Shown: positions 10,556 through 20,107 of the stretch, in pieces
Position numbering within the stretch: the first letter of the stretch is position 1
How the letters are laid out: each line of letters opens with the position of its first letter
Source of the DNA: Nitrospira sp.
Lineage (GTDB): Bacteria > Nitrospirota > Nitrospiria > Nitrospirales > Nitrospiraceae
Direction: 5' to 3'
Assembly (NCBI GenBank): GCA_047150005.1
Contig: AP038806.1
Span: forward strand, 3,072,001-3,136,000
Length of the DNA: 64,000 bases
Program-made: the position numbers and the translations under genes
The notes under the pieces: generated by a model
What the model was told of the DNA's origin: nothing
What the model saw: the letters and a program-made list of their open reading frames with translations, nothing else
Database searches by the model: none

Positions 10556-10688
10556 GTGGGATCACGAAAAGAGGACAGACTAATTTTTTGAGCCAGATCA
10601 ACCACTTGACTCGCTTCTGAAGACGGCCTAGCCTCGCCACGATCTCATGCATCGAAATACATGCCCGTCTCGCATGTGACTGCAAAGG

Positions 10689-11915
10689 ATGGCGAACAGG
10701 ATCACGACACAGTGCTGCATTGCAGGAGGCGGCCCGGCAGGGATGATGCTGGGACTGCTGCTGGCTCGCGCTGGTATAGAAGTCCTGGTACTGGAGAAGC
10801 ATGCCGATTTTCTGCGCGACTTCCGTGGAGACACGATCCATCCTTCCACGCTGGAAGTGATGCATGAACTGGGACTCTTGGAGAGCCTGCTCAAGCTGCC
10901 GCATCAAAAGGCGCGGCAGATCAACGCGCAATTCGGCGATCTGGCACTGACGGTCGCGGATTTCTCTCATCTGCCAGTGCGCTGCCCGTATATCGCCTTC
11001 ATGCCGCAGTGGGACTTCCTGAATTTTCTTGCCGAGCGCGCCGCCCGCTATCCGACGTTCAAGCTGCAAATGCAGGCTGAGGTCACGGATATTATCGAAG
11101 ACGCAGGGAGCGTCGTCGGGTTGCGTGCAGCCACGCCGGACGGACCGGTGGACCTGCGCGCCAGCCTGGTCGTCGCAGCGGACGGCCGGCATTCGATCGT
11201 CCGGGCGCGGGCCGGCATGCAGATCGAGGAGTTCGGTGCGCCAATGGATGTGCTGTGGTTCCGGCTCTCGCGGCGACCCGGCGATCCGGAGAACCCTATG
11301 GGTCGCTTTCAGAGCGGTCGAATCTTCATCTTGCTGAACCGGGGTGACTACTGGCAGTGCGGCTTCGTGATTCCCAAAGGATCCCTTGCGCAGCACCAGG
11401 ACAGAGGACTGCCGGCGTTTCGTGACAGCGTCGCCCAACTGGCGCCATTTGTCTCAGACCGTGTCGGTGAACTGCAGGACTGGACCAGCCTCAAACTCCT
11501 CACGGTCCAGGTCGATCGGTTGCACCGATGGTACCGCCCGGGTTTTTTGTGCATCGGCGATGCGGCGCATGCCATGTCTCCGGTCGGCGGAGTGGGAATC
11601 AACCTGGCTATTCAGGATGCGGTGGCGACAGCCAATCTGCTGGCGCCGCCGTTGCGCACGGGCGGGGTCACTACGGACGACTTACGTCGTGTGCAGAGGC
11701 ACCGTGAACCGCCGACCCGCGTGACCCAGCGGATGCAGATCATAATCCAGAATCGGGTCATCAGGCGGACCTTGGGCGGTACCGAACCGCTCGCCCCGCC
11801 GCTTGCCGTCAAGCTCCTCGCATGGTTTCCGGTTCTGCGCCGACTTCCCGCCCGTCTGATCGGGATGGGGGCCCGGCCAGAGCATGTGCAATCGCCGAAT
11901 GCCTATTCCGCATAA
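10689..11915 (+). CDS. FAD-dependent oxidoreductase/monooxygenase
   Basis: GGGPAG, ADGRHS, IGDAAHAMSPVGGVGINLAIQDA. Confidence 0.92.
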   Translation: MANRITTQCCIAGGGPAGMMLGLLLARAGIEVLVLEKHADFLRDFRGDTIHPSTLEVMHELGLLESLLKLPHQKARQINAQFGDLALTVADFSHLPVRCPYIAFMPQWDFLNFLAERAARYPTFKLQMQAEVTDIIEDAGSVVGLRAATPDGPVDLRASLVVAADGRHSIVRARAGMQIEEFGAPMDVLWFRLSRRPGDPENPMGRFQSGRIFILLNRGDYWQCGFVIPKGSLAQHQDRGLPAFRDSVAQLAPFVSDRVGELQDWTSLKLLTVQVDRLHRWYRPGFLCIGDAAHAMSPVGGVGINLAIQDAVATANLLAPPLRTGGVTTDDLRRVQRHREPPTRVTQRMQIIIQNRVIRRTLGGTEPLAPPLAVKLLAWFPVLRRLPARLIGMGARPEHVQSPNAYSA

Positions 11916-12027
11916 CGGGCGCGACGGGCATCGAACCGATAGCCGGAGCTGTCGGTATCGATGACCAGCGGGGCGTGATCCGAGGGCAACGGTTTTTCCT
12001 TCCCCGCAAGAATCCGAGGAACCAATC

Positions 12028-12086
12028 ATGGTGAAGAATTCGGACATGCCCGTGCTTGCACCGCTGCGTCGAACTGGCGGCAGAGG
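12028..12086 (+). pseudogene. third, frameshifted 5' remnant of the nucleoside deaminase
   Basis: CCAATCATGGTGAAGAATTCGGAC...CCGCTGCGTCGAACT..CAGAGG matches 8816-8879. Confidence 0.8.
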
Positions 12087-12341
12087 ATCATGAAGCGGGG
12101 AGAAGAAGTTGACTGCTGGAAACACCAGGAAACAAGAAGGAATCGTGATGGCACCGGTCACCCTGGATTACGGTGCCAGGGTGTTTTGGCACCAGGTTGG
12201 CACCAAACGCTCGTCATGTTTCCTTTCACGCGTCGATTCTGGCCGTTTTGTTAGCTCATTATCTTCCGTATAATGCCCAGATAATGCCCAGGCTCATACG
12301 TGGGGAGTCTGCACGCCAACGTGTTTGCAGGAGGTCCAGCC

Positions 12342-13772
12342 ATGAAGCTGATGCTGATCGCGCTCGCCATCCTTAGCGTCCCCACATATGTTCAGGCTCA
12401 GGGACCTGACAAGGCACGACAGAAACCCAACATCGTGTATATCTTGATGGACAACCTCGGTTATGGAGAGGTCGGTGTGTACGGTGGGGGCCTGCTCCGT
12501 GGCGCGCCCACGCCGCGTATCGACAGGTTGGCGAGCGAAGGGACCCGGCTGACCAACTTCAACGTCGAAGCGCAGTGCACACCGAGTCGTTCTGCGATCA
12601 TGACCGGCCGGTTCTCGATCCGCTCGGGCACGCATTCTGTACCGATGGGTGGCGGTTCCGATGGACTCACACAGTGGGAGGTGACTCTCGCGGAGCTGCT
12701 CTCTGGTGCTGGTTACACAACAGCGCACTTCGGCAAATGGCATCTCGGCAGTGAACAGGGGCGGCTGCCGAACGACCAGGGATTCGACGAATGGTACGGC
12801 ATCCCACGCACCACGGACGAGTCCACGTGGCCCTCGCATGCCGAGGCGAAGGCCATAGGCGTGCCGTTCATGCACATCATGGAGGGCCGCAAAGGGGAGA
12901 AGAGCCGTGAGGTGGTCGTGTACGACCTCGAGCAACGCCGTCTGATCGACGCAGAGATCACGCGACGCACGATCGATTTCATGCAGCGTAGCGCCAAGGC
13001 AGGCAAGCCGTTCTACGCCTACGTCCCGTTCACGCTGGTGCATTTCCCGACGCTGCCGAATCCGAAGTTCGCCGGGAAGACCGGATACGGTGACTTTGCC
13101 GACAGCCTCGCCGAGATGGATGCGAATGTCGGTCAAATCATCGACACCGTTGATGATCTGAACATCCGCGACAATACCGTCTTCGTCTACGCGAGCGACA
13201 ATGGTCCGGATCCGAACTTTCCATGGCAGGGATCGTCCGGACCGTGGCGTGGGTATTACTTCACCCACATGGAAGGCTCCCTGCGTACGCCGTTCATCAT
13301 CCGCTGGCCCGGACGCATTCCAGCCGGTCGTGTCAGCAACGAGGTCTTCCACGAGGTCGACACCTTCACGACATTGGTCAGGCTCGCCGGTGCACAGGTG
13401 CCGCAAGATCGCCCGATCGACGGCGTGGACCAGAGTGACTTTCTGCTCGGGAAGTCGGAGCAATCCGCCCGCGAAGGATTTCCGGTGTTCGTGGCAGACC
13501 GGCTCGAAGCGGTCAAGTGGCGGAACTGGAAGCTCGTCTTCTATGAGGAACAACGGGACTGGTGGAGCCCACCAGTCAAGCTGGGTGTGCCGAAGCTCTT
13601 CGATCTCATCAACGACCCGAAGGAGGAATTCGCGGCCAACACGTCCCCGACCAACACGTGGGTCACTGTCCCCATGATGAAAATCTTGAGTGAATTCCAG
13701 GTGAGCCTGAAGAAGTATCCGCCAATCCATCCCGGTACACCGGATCCCTATTCTCCACAGCCAACCAAGTGA
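12342..13772 (+). CDS. periplasmic arylsulfatase (formylglycine-dependent, Cys type)
   Basis: GGAGG RBS; signal peptide; PNIVYILMDNLG, CTPSRSAIMTG, GKWHLG, SDNG. Confidence 0.93.
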   Translation: MKLMLIALAILSVPTYVQAQGPDKARQKPNIVYILMDNLGYGEVGVYGGGLLRGAPTPRIDRLASEGTRLTNFNVEAQCTPSRSAIMTGRFSIRSGTHSVPMGGGSDGLTQWEVTLAELLSGAGYTTAHFGKWHLGSEQGRLPNDQGFDEWYGIPRTTDESTWPSHAEAKAIGVPFMHIMEGRKGEKSREVVVYDLEQRRLIDAEITRRTIDFMQRSAKAGKPFYAYVPFTLVHFPTLPNPKFAGKTGYGDFADSLAEMDANVGQIIDTVDDLNIRDNTVFVYASDNGPDPNFPWQGSSGPWRGYYFTHMEGSLRTPFIIRWPGRIPAGRVSNEVFHEVDTFTTLVRLAGAQVPQDRPIDGVDQSDFLLGKSEQSAREGFPVFVADRLEAVKWRNWKLVFYEEQRDWWSPPVKLGVPKLFDLINDPKEEFAANTSPTNTWVTVPMMKILSEFQVSLKKYPPIHPGTPDPYSPQPTK

Positions 13773-13831
13773 GATGCCGTGAATGTTCCTATAGGCTCAT
13801 TTGCCGAAGCTCTGCCGGTGTCGAACGGATG

Positions 13832-15217
13832 TTAGCCTTCTTTTTCGCATAAGTCGATTTTCGCGTCCGCTTCCAACACAAAGCGGCCACGGCCTCGCGG
13901 GACCAGTCGCACGTCCGGGCATTTCTGCTCCAGGCGTCGACGAAGCAGAATCAGTCGGGTTTCGAGATTGTCCTTTATCTCGGGAAGTCCAAGCCAGGTG
14001 TCCATCCGCAGTTCCCGGTTTGTGAACTCAACGCGGCCCTCGTCTCGGTACTGCTTCAGCAAGCGCCAGAGAATTCTCGCTGGTACGTTGCGGATGAGGT
14101 AGTGACCGTCAACAAAGATGCAGTCGTCCTTCTGAAAGAAGCCGAAACGGCGGGTTCGAGCGGTCCGCGGTGTCGTGGCTGGCGGTGCTGTGCGAGTCCG
14201 ATCCACCGGGACATCCTCGTTGTCCCTGCTGAGCTGATCGATGGCGGCCGCAAGATGCGAGCCGACGGTCGTCAGCAGTGTGTTCTCGCGTACGAGGAAG
14301 GCGAGAGGATCCTTACTTTCAACAGCCAGGACACCGACCAAGCGGTCACGGGCCACCAGCGGCACCGCAATCTGACTAGCCGCGTCCGGCAGGCCCGGAA
14401 GAGGGATTTCACGCGCGATGGCCTCCGTCTGTCCCATGGCTTCGGCACGGCCGCGAATGGCTCGGGCGTAGCGAAGGCTATGATCCATGGCCGAGAGACA
14501 GAGCGTGCGCCGTGCACGCGCGACCATGCCGATCAGCCCTTCACCCATTCCAACTTCCGATCCGATCCCGTTCTCGAGGTATCCGTGGCTGGCAAGGGTC
14601 AAGAGCTTCTCGTTCGGCTCATCTGTGAGCAGAATCATCGAATAGAGGAATCCGAACTGCTCCTCAAGAAGCCGCAGGGAAGATTGGAGGACCTCGTCGA
14701 GGAGCTGTGCCTTGTTCAGGCGTTCGGCGATGAGTCGTAGCGATACCAGTCCCGAATCGACAAAGAGCCGTGACGAGCGTTCGGACGGTGATGGAACAGG
14801 CAACCGCGTGAAGCCCTCCAAGCATTCGACGCCGAGCACTTCGTATACGTCGGCTGCTTGAAGGCGAAACACCTCAGTCATTCCTGAGTAGGATGCCACT
14901 GCCTGGAGTTGCAGCGACATCGACTCAAACAACGGCCCGGTCGATTCCGAGTGATCGAAGCGGAGCCGAAAGCGATAGGCATGCAAGGTTCGCGGGTCGA
15001 GAACCACCGCGCAGGCGAGAGGATTCTCCCGGACGTTGCGACGGGTCTTGTTGAAGAATTGAAACGAGATTGCCACATGCTTCTCGTCGACGTAATGGAC
15101 CTGACTGACAAAGGTAATGTTCGGCGTGCCGTCGGCCGCGCAGGTGCTCAAGGCCGCAGGAACAATACCTTGAAAGCATGCCCACAGATCCTCGAGTCGC
15201 AGCGACGTGTGTTTCAT
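13832..15217 (-). CDS. PNPOx-like split barrel + GAF + C-terminal winged-helix regulator
   Basis: N-term LSTCAADGTPN..FFNKTRRNVRENP; GAF GEGLIGMVA..IAVPL..LVGVL; C-term NLETRLILLRRRL..RGRGRF. Confidence 0.85.
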   Translation of the reverse strand: MKHTSLRLEDLWACFQGIVPAALSTCAADGTPNITFVSQVHYVDEKHVAISFQFFNKTRRNVRENPLACAVVLDPRTLHAYRFRLRFDHSESTGPLFESMSLQLQAVASYSGMTEVFRLQAADVYEVLGVECLEGFTRLPVPSPSERSSRLFVDSGLVSLRLIAERLNKAQLLDEVLQSSLRLLEEQFGFLYSMILLTDEPNEKLLTLASHGYLENGIGSEVGMGEGLIGMVARARRTLCLSAMDHSLRYARAIRGRAEAMGQTEAIAREIPLPGLPDAASQIAVPLVARDRLVGVLAVESKDPLAFLVRENTLLTTVGSHLAAAIDQLSRDNEDVPVDRTRTAPPATTPRTARTRRFGFFQKDDCIFVDGHYLIRNVPARILWRLLKQYRDEGRVEFTNRELRMDTWLGLPEIKDNLETRLILLRRRLEQKCPDVRLVPRGRGRFVLEADAKIDLCEKEG

Positions 15218-15675
15218 TGCCCCATCTTCCGTCCCGCGCCGGGCCCGGGCGTTTGTTCGAAGACGTCGGTGACGGCAATTTCCACGGCGACTGTGGGTTC
15301 AATGATCCAGGCTTCACCCAACGTGGAGGGTACGCCGATGGCCTTCAGCTCGGCCATGAATTCCCTATGCCACTTTCGGCTCACATCGCGATGTGCCCGC
15401 TCCACCGGCTTGATCGTCCGCAGCCGGCCCTTGAGTTGGCAGGTGATGTGGTCGGTGGGACGAGTACAGGTGATCGCAATGAGACCGTTCGCCCGCAGGT
15501 TGTCGATGGTCTTGCCGGCGAACGTCTCGGAGAGAAAGATCGTGACGGTGCCACGGTCCGCCCGGATCTCGATCCCCCACGCGCGCGTGCATTCCGGCAT
15601 GAGCGACGCATCGCGAGTGCCGACCATGACCGAAACGCCTGTTTCGAGCAGTTCGACGATTGCTTGCGGAATCAT
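15214..15675 (-). CDS. pyridoxamine 5'-phosphate oxidase-like (FMN-binding split barrel) protein
   Basis: VGTRD..PECTRAWG, QLKG, FEQTPGPGAG; ATGA overlap with the downstream gene. Confidence 0.85.
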   Translation of the reverse strand: MIPQAIVELLETGVSVMVGTRDASLMPECTRAWGIEIRADRGTVTIFLSETFAGKTIDNLRANGLIAITCTRPTDHITCQLKGRLRTIKPVERAHRDVSRKWHREFMAELKAIGVPSTLGEAWIIEPTVAVEIAVTDVFEQTPGPGAGRKMGQ

Positions 15676-15679
15676 GGTG

Positions 15680-15717
15680 TTAGGAAAGATTTAGGCGAAC
15701 CTTAGCATAGTTTTAGG
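15680..15717. promoter_or_regulatory. four direct TTAG(G/C) boxes at 11-bp period, putative operator
   Basis: TTAGG 15680, TTAGG 15691, TTAGC 15702, TTAGG 15713 in a divergent intergenic region. Confidence 0.7.
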
Positions 15718-15802
15718 AACCGTGTCGCCGATCGCCGTGCTAGTGTCGCCCTCACAACGTATGCATGCGTTCCGATGGAGCGTCAAACAACAGGAGGGAC
15801 CA

Positions 15803-16654
15803 ATGCGATACACGATACACGGTTTTCTGGTGTGCATGTTGATTGCAATGGGGGCAACGCCGGCGTGGTCGGGCGACCGTCACAAGGCTTCGGAAGGGCG
15901 CGGCGTCGATGCCGCCGTGGTGTTTGTTGCCCATGACTACGGTTTTCGCGGGCCGGACCGGATTCCAGCCGGTCTCACGACTGTGCGGGTCGTGAATCAA
16001 GGTCAGGACCTTCACCACATCCAGTTCCTGAAGCTGCTGCAGGGCAGGTCAGCGGCTGATTTCCATGCTGCCGTCGCGGCCGACCCAAGCCGCCTGCCGG
16101 GTTGGGTGCGATATGCCGGTGGACCGAACGCCCACCTGCCGGGCAGCCTGGCATCCGCCACGATCAACCTGACCGAAGGCGACTACGTGATCATATGCTG
16201 GATCCCGGACAAGAATGGCGTCCCGCATGTCGCCCTGGGCATGCAAAAGGCCCTATCCGTGCGCGGAGCCACACCGATGAAGGTTTCACAGCCCAAACCC
16301 TCGGTGACTATCAAGCAGGTCGACTATCAGTTCATCTTCTCCAAGCGAGTGGAACCTGGTCTTCAGACAATCGAAGTCACGAACCACGGGACCCAGGCCC
16401 ATGAGCTTGTGGTGGTGAAGCTGCTGCCCGGTGCCACGGTCAAGGACGTGATCGCCTCGTTTGCGCCTGACGCCTCAGGTCCGCCTCCCGGCGAATTGGT
16501 GGGAGGGATTACCGCGGTCGAGAAGGGAGCGCGTGTTTCCTTTACTGGAGAATTCGAGCCGGGGAGGTACGGGCTTATCTGCTTTGTCCCTGATGCGGTC
16601 ACAGGACGGCCGCATTTCCTTCACGGCATGACGACCGAGTTCACTGTGGAGTGA
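15803..16654 (+). CDS. secreted tandem cupredoxin-like protein with two putative type-1 Cu sites
   Basis: AGGAGG RBS; signal peptide; H..CWIPDKNGVPH...GM and H..CFVPDAVTGRPH...GM. Confidence 0.8.
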   Translation: MRYTIHGFLVCMLIAMGATPAWSGDRHKASEGRGVDAAVVFVAHDYGFRGPDRIPAGLTTVRVVNQGQDLHHIQFLKLLQGRSAADFHAAVAADPSRLPGWVRYAGGPNAHLPGSLASATINLTEGDYVIICWIPDKNGVPHVALGMQKALSVRGATPMKVSQPKPSVTIKQVDYQFIFSKRVEPGLQTIEVTNHGTQAHELVVVKLLPGATVKDVIASFAPDASGPPPGELVGGITAVEKGARVSFTGEFEPGRYGLICFVPDAVTGRPHFLHGMTTEFTVE

Positions 16655-16984
16655 TGACGAACACGGATCCGCCTCCTGCAAGGGCAAGGGCAAGGGAAGG
16701 ACCAGAACGCCGGTCAGGTGGCACACCTGACCGGCGTTCTGGTTATCGCCCTACCCTGGTGGCTCATCGTTCCTTCCGCAGGCGTGCCGCGATTCGCGTA
16801 TCCGCCGAGGCCCAGCCGGCATCGAATGGATGGCCGAAACGGTCGATGTCGTGAGTCGGTCCGTCCTGCTTGGGCAGTCCCGTCAGCATTCTTCAGAATT
16901 TCGAAACGCCAAAGCTACGGGCATTTGCCTGTTTTCTGTTGTTTTCGTAAGCTGGAGTCACTTGTCTTAGGAAGGGAGGGCTCC

Positions 16985-17530
16985 ATGATAAAGACACTGA
17001 GTCTTCTAAGCTCTTGTTTCATCCTTGCAATCGCGGCTGGGCTTTCACAAGCCCAAGAGGCACCTCCCGCCTCGCCAGCTGCACCGGAAGCTGTCGCGAA
17101 AGCGACTCCCGCGGACGGCCATGTCATCCACGTCACGGCGCCGCACGTGATCGACGGAAAGGTACGGGGGCCATTCCATCACTATTGCAAGATCGTCTCT
17201 CCTGAGCCGTTCATTGAGTGCCTTCTCTACGAGACGGCAGACAACAACGCGAAACTCGTCGGTGTGGAGTACATTGTTGCCAAAACTGTGACTCGCGACG
17301 AGAAGGTCCTTCCCAAGAAGGCTTGGAAAAAGCACTGGCATGATCATTCCGTGGAGGGTGTCATAGGGAACGTCAAGGTGCTGGATATGCCTCCCGATAA
17401 GGCCAAGGAGTTCGCGGACACGGTTGCCAACACCGACGGGCTCATCTTTTCACTATGGCCCGAGGGTGCCAAATTGCCGACTGGGAAAGTCAGTATCGGC
17501 ACGATGGTTGGGCATGCCGTACACCAATGA
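16985..17530 (+). CDS. secreted DUF1264 (OBAP)-like protein
   Basis: GGAGG RBS; signal peptide; HHYC..ECLLY..LVGVEY..WHDH. Confidence 0.75.
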   Translation: MIKTLSLLSSCFILAIAAGLSQAQEAPPASPAAPEAVAKATPADGHVIHVTAPHVIDGKVRGPFHHYCKIVSPEPFIECLLYETADNNAKLVGVEYIVAKTVTRDEKVLPKKAWKKHWHDHSVEGVIGNVKVLDMPPDKAKEFADTVANTDGLIFSLWPEGAKLPTGKVSIGTMVGHAVHQ

Positions 17531-17716
17531 CATGGAGGAGGAAAGAAGGGGGACATTCTGGATGGTTTGAGGATTCGCCTCCCCGTTCTTTCCCTCACAT
17601 GTTCCTTTCAAGCGCCGGCAGGAACATGCGGTGGCTTTCTAAGGCGCCTTGACTGGGTGCCTATTATGGGCGCATGGCGTTGACGCACATGGCTCTCGTG
17701 ACGCGGAGGTATCACA

Positions 17717-17979
17717 ATGGCGAAATTGAATGTCTCCATCGATGATCGACTCGGGGACGAGTTGTTTCGGCTTGTTCCCCCTCGCCGAAGAAGCCAGAGT
17801 ATGCCCTCGACGTCTTGAAGCACATGAAGGAGGTGCCGGGGGTGACCTTTTATGACGCGGCGTATTATGGGCTGGCCTTGCGGACCAAAGGTCCATACCT
17901 GACCGCCGATGCGGCATATGTCCGGCGTGCGAAGCGGAAAGGTCACGTGAGTCTCTTGAGTGACTGGCAGGGGCCGTGA
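17717..17979 (+). pseudogene. internally deleted vapBC-type toxin-antitoxin remnant
   Basis: GGAGG + MAKLNVSIDDRLGDELFRLVPPRRRSQ (antitoxin-like N-term) joined out of frame near 17797 to a PIN C-term (TFYDAAYYGLA..YLTAD..). Confidence 0.75.
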
Positions 17980-18167
17980 AGCGTCCTACTCGTGGCCCCC
18001 ATCTCTTCACATAGTTTCGTGAGTACGCAAGATCGCGCAGTTCAGTCGTGCCGTAACTACTTCCGTATTCCGTTGAAGATTTGTACTTCCAAATCAGACT
18101 GTTAGAAGCAGTGGGCCTTCTTTGACAGGTTTCGATGCCGACCCTATACTGTTAACGAGCTACGAGC

Positions 18168-18521
18168 GTGAAACCTCATATGCGACGCCGTATGGTCTTC
18201 CTATCTTGGCTTGCCCTCGTCCTCTCCATCGGAGTCGCTGGTGACCTCATCGTGGACCTTGTCTTCGAAGAGGAGGCGATCGCTTCATTTGCTGACTCCA
18301 CCGCCTCTTCAGAAGAACCTGACAACGCGGCCGAGCATGTCCTCATCCCCACTCCCAGGTTACAAGGGTCGGAGAGTGTCCCCTCATCACCCTGTGACAA
18401 TGTTACTCTCCTGCTCAGCTCGGCCGCCATTCCGGCCGGTAGTTCGTCACAGTTCGTCGTCGGACACGACCGTCCGCCACGCAGTAGGCCCAACTCGTTT
18501 TTCACACCGCTCCGCATCTGA
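18168..18521 (+). CDS. small exported/leader-like protein
   Basis: N-terminal hydrophobic helix, acidic linker, C-terminal HDRPPRS..PLRI. Confidence 0.6.
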   Translation: MKPHMRRRMVFLSWLALVLSIGVAGDLIVDLVFEEEAIASFADSTASSEEPDNAAEHVLIPTPRLQGSESVPSSPCDNVTLLLSSAAIPAGSSSQFVVGHDRPPRSRPNSFFTPLRI

Positions 18522-18593
18522 TTCCTGTCCCGTGTCTCAATTCTCACCTCGTCGCCCATAGGGGCGAGTTATGCCATCACCGAGGGGGTTGCG

Positions 18594-19898
18594 ATGTGGA
18601 ATCAGATTCACAGGCGAATCAGGATTGTTGCGAGCACGTTGCCCAGGCAGAGCCTTGTGATTGGTGTCATCGTGCTGTGTTCTGCAGCGACGCTTCTGGC
18701 GCAATCACCCAACGAGACCGAAGAAAAGATTCGAATCGAACGCATTCGGGTTGAAGGGCTCCTCCATACGAAGGAAGAGACGATCGTCCGCCTGCTGCCG
18801 AGGCGGATTCCTGCCGAGTTCACTCAGGAGGAGATGAAAGAATTTGAACGGCGCATTCGAAATCTGAGTTTATTTGATCACGTAAGTGTGACCATAAGCG
18901 GCGGGGAAACGCTGATCTCCGTGCAGGAAAAACTCACGTTGGCGCCGATCTTCAACTTCACCAGCGGGAGCAGCCTGAAAGATCTCAATGCGACCGTAGG
19001 GCTGGTTGAATACAATCTGTTTGGCAACGCCACGCAGCTCGGCGGACAGTTCAATTACAGCCAGCGAGGGCCTAACGTCGATCTCTGGATCTCCGAACAT
19101 GCGTTTCGACCAGACCGCTGGGCGAAGGAGATCAAAGGGTCCTACAACGTAAACGGTATCCGTTTTGCCGATTCGACCGCCTCGTGGACACGCAATCGTT
19201 TCGGAGGTGAATTCGAACTCAAGGGTCCGTACACCTATGGCTCGCCCTTGCGATACGAAGTGGTATTAAAGGTCTATCACGAACAGATGCATGAATTTCA
19301 GGGATCCGGACTTGAACCTCCCGACGGAACCTATGTGGGGATCATTCCCGAATTCGCCTGGGACCGCTATCACTGGCACGACTTGGTTCCCTGGGGCTAT
19401 CGACTGATCTTGGAGCTAAAGCCCGGGTACTTCTTTGGCTCAAACCAGGCAAGGCTTGAAGGAGAGCTTCGGTACTTACAAGGCCTCCCGCTGGGTCCGA
19501 TGACGGTGTTCATGATCAACGGCGTGGCCGAAGCCGTGAACACCACCGGGAACCCCAATCACAGTCTCTTAATTGGCAGTATCACCGGGGTTCGAGGCCT
19601 GTCCGACAATCTGTATCGCACCCATGCCCAATCCTATCTCAATCTTGAACTGAGGCACGCGATCAGAATCGCCCCCCGGTGGGCAGTCCAGGGCGTGGTC
19701 TTTTCCGATCTGGGACTGTTTCAACCCTTCACAGAAGCAGGAGATCCAGAAAATTGGCGAGGAGCCGTGAATACGGGCGCCGGGTTTCGCATCATTCCGA
19801 CGTTTCTGTCCAGTACGCTGTTTCGCCTTGATTTTGCACAATTGTGGAGGCCACGCCCCAACAGTCTCGTTCAGATTGGTATCACCCAATATTTTTGA
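18594..19898 (+). CDS. POTRA + Omp85/surface-antigen-like beta-barrel protein
   Basis: signal peptide; IERIRVEGLLHTKEETIVR..RIRNLSLF POTRA; VRG motif; ends QYF. Confidence 0.8.
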   Translation: MWNQIHRRIRIVASTLPRQSLVIGVIVLCSAATLLAQSPNETEEKIRIERIRVEGLLHTKEETIVRLLPRRIPAEFTQEEMKEFERRIRNLSLFDHVSVTISGGETLISVQEKLTLAPIFNFTSGSSLKDLNATVGLVEYNLFGNATQLGGQFNYSQRGPNVDLWISEHAFRPDRWAKEIKGSYNVNGIRFADSTASWTRNRFGGEFELKGPYTYGSPLRYEVVLKVYHEQMHEFQGSGLEPPDGTYVGIIPEFAWDRYHWHDLVPWGYRLILELKPGYFFGSNQARLEGELRYLQGLPLGPMTVFMINGVAEAVNTTGNPNHSLLIGSITGVRGLSDNLYRTHAQSYLNLELRHAIRIAPRWAVQGVVFSDLGLFQPFTEAGDPENWRGAVNTGAGFRIIPTFLSSTLFRLDFAQLWRPRPNSLVQIGITQYF

Positions 19899-19919
19899 CC
19901 GAACAATCCGGCACAGATG

Positions 19920-20074
19920 GCGAGGCGGCGGCCTTTTATCGAGACGTCTTGGACCTTGGCCTGATCATGGACCACGGATGGTTCCAAACCTATGGGTCGG
20001 ACGAACAGATGACTGTTCAGGGGAGCTTTGGGTCTGAAGGAGGGCCGGCGAGCGAGCCTTGGGGTGTACGGTAG
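19920..20074 (+). pseudogene. VOC/glyoxalase remnant with internal deletion
   Basis: AAFYRDVLDLGLIMDHGW..TYGS..MTVQ.SF.SEGG joined directly to PASEPWGVR; both ends missing. Confidence 0.75.
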
Positions 20075-20107
20075 CTACCTGGCGACAGACAAAGGGGATG
20101 GATTTGA

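Noticed and set aside
12294..13730. 478-aa minus-strand ORF, and similar long antisense ORFs at 5065, 10461 and 54175
   Set aside because: They overlap well-supported genes on the other strand.
1545..13800. Integron cassette array
   Set aside because: No intI gene and no recognisable attC sites; the repeats are gene-derived.
15680..15717. CRISPR or telomere-like reading of the TTAGG repeats
   Set aside because: Only 5-bp boxes with 6-bp spacers and no cas genes; fits an operator better.
17530..17628. Overlapping imperfect hairpins after the DUF1264-like gene as a riboswitch or terminator
   Set aside because: Large loops, no clear U-tract and no recognisable aptamer; cannot be supported.
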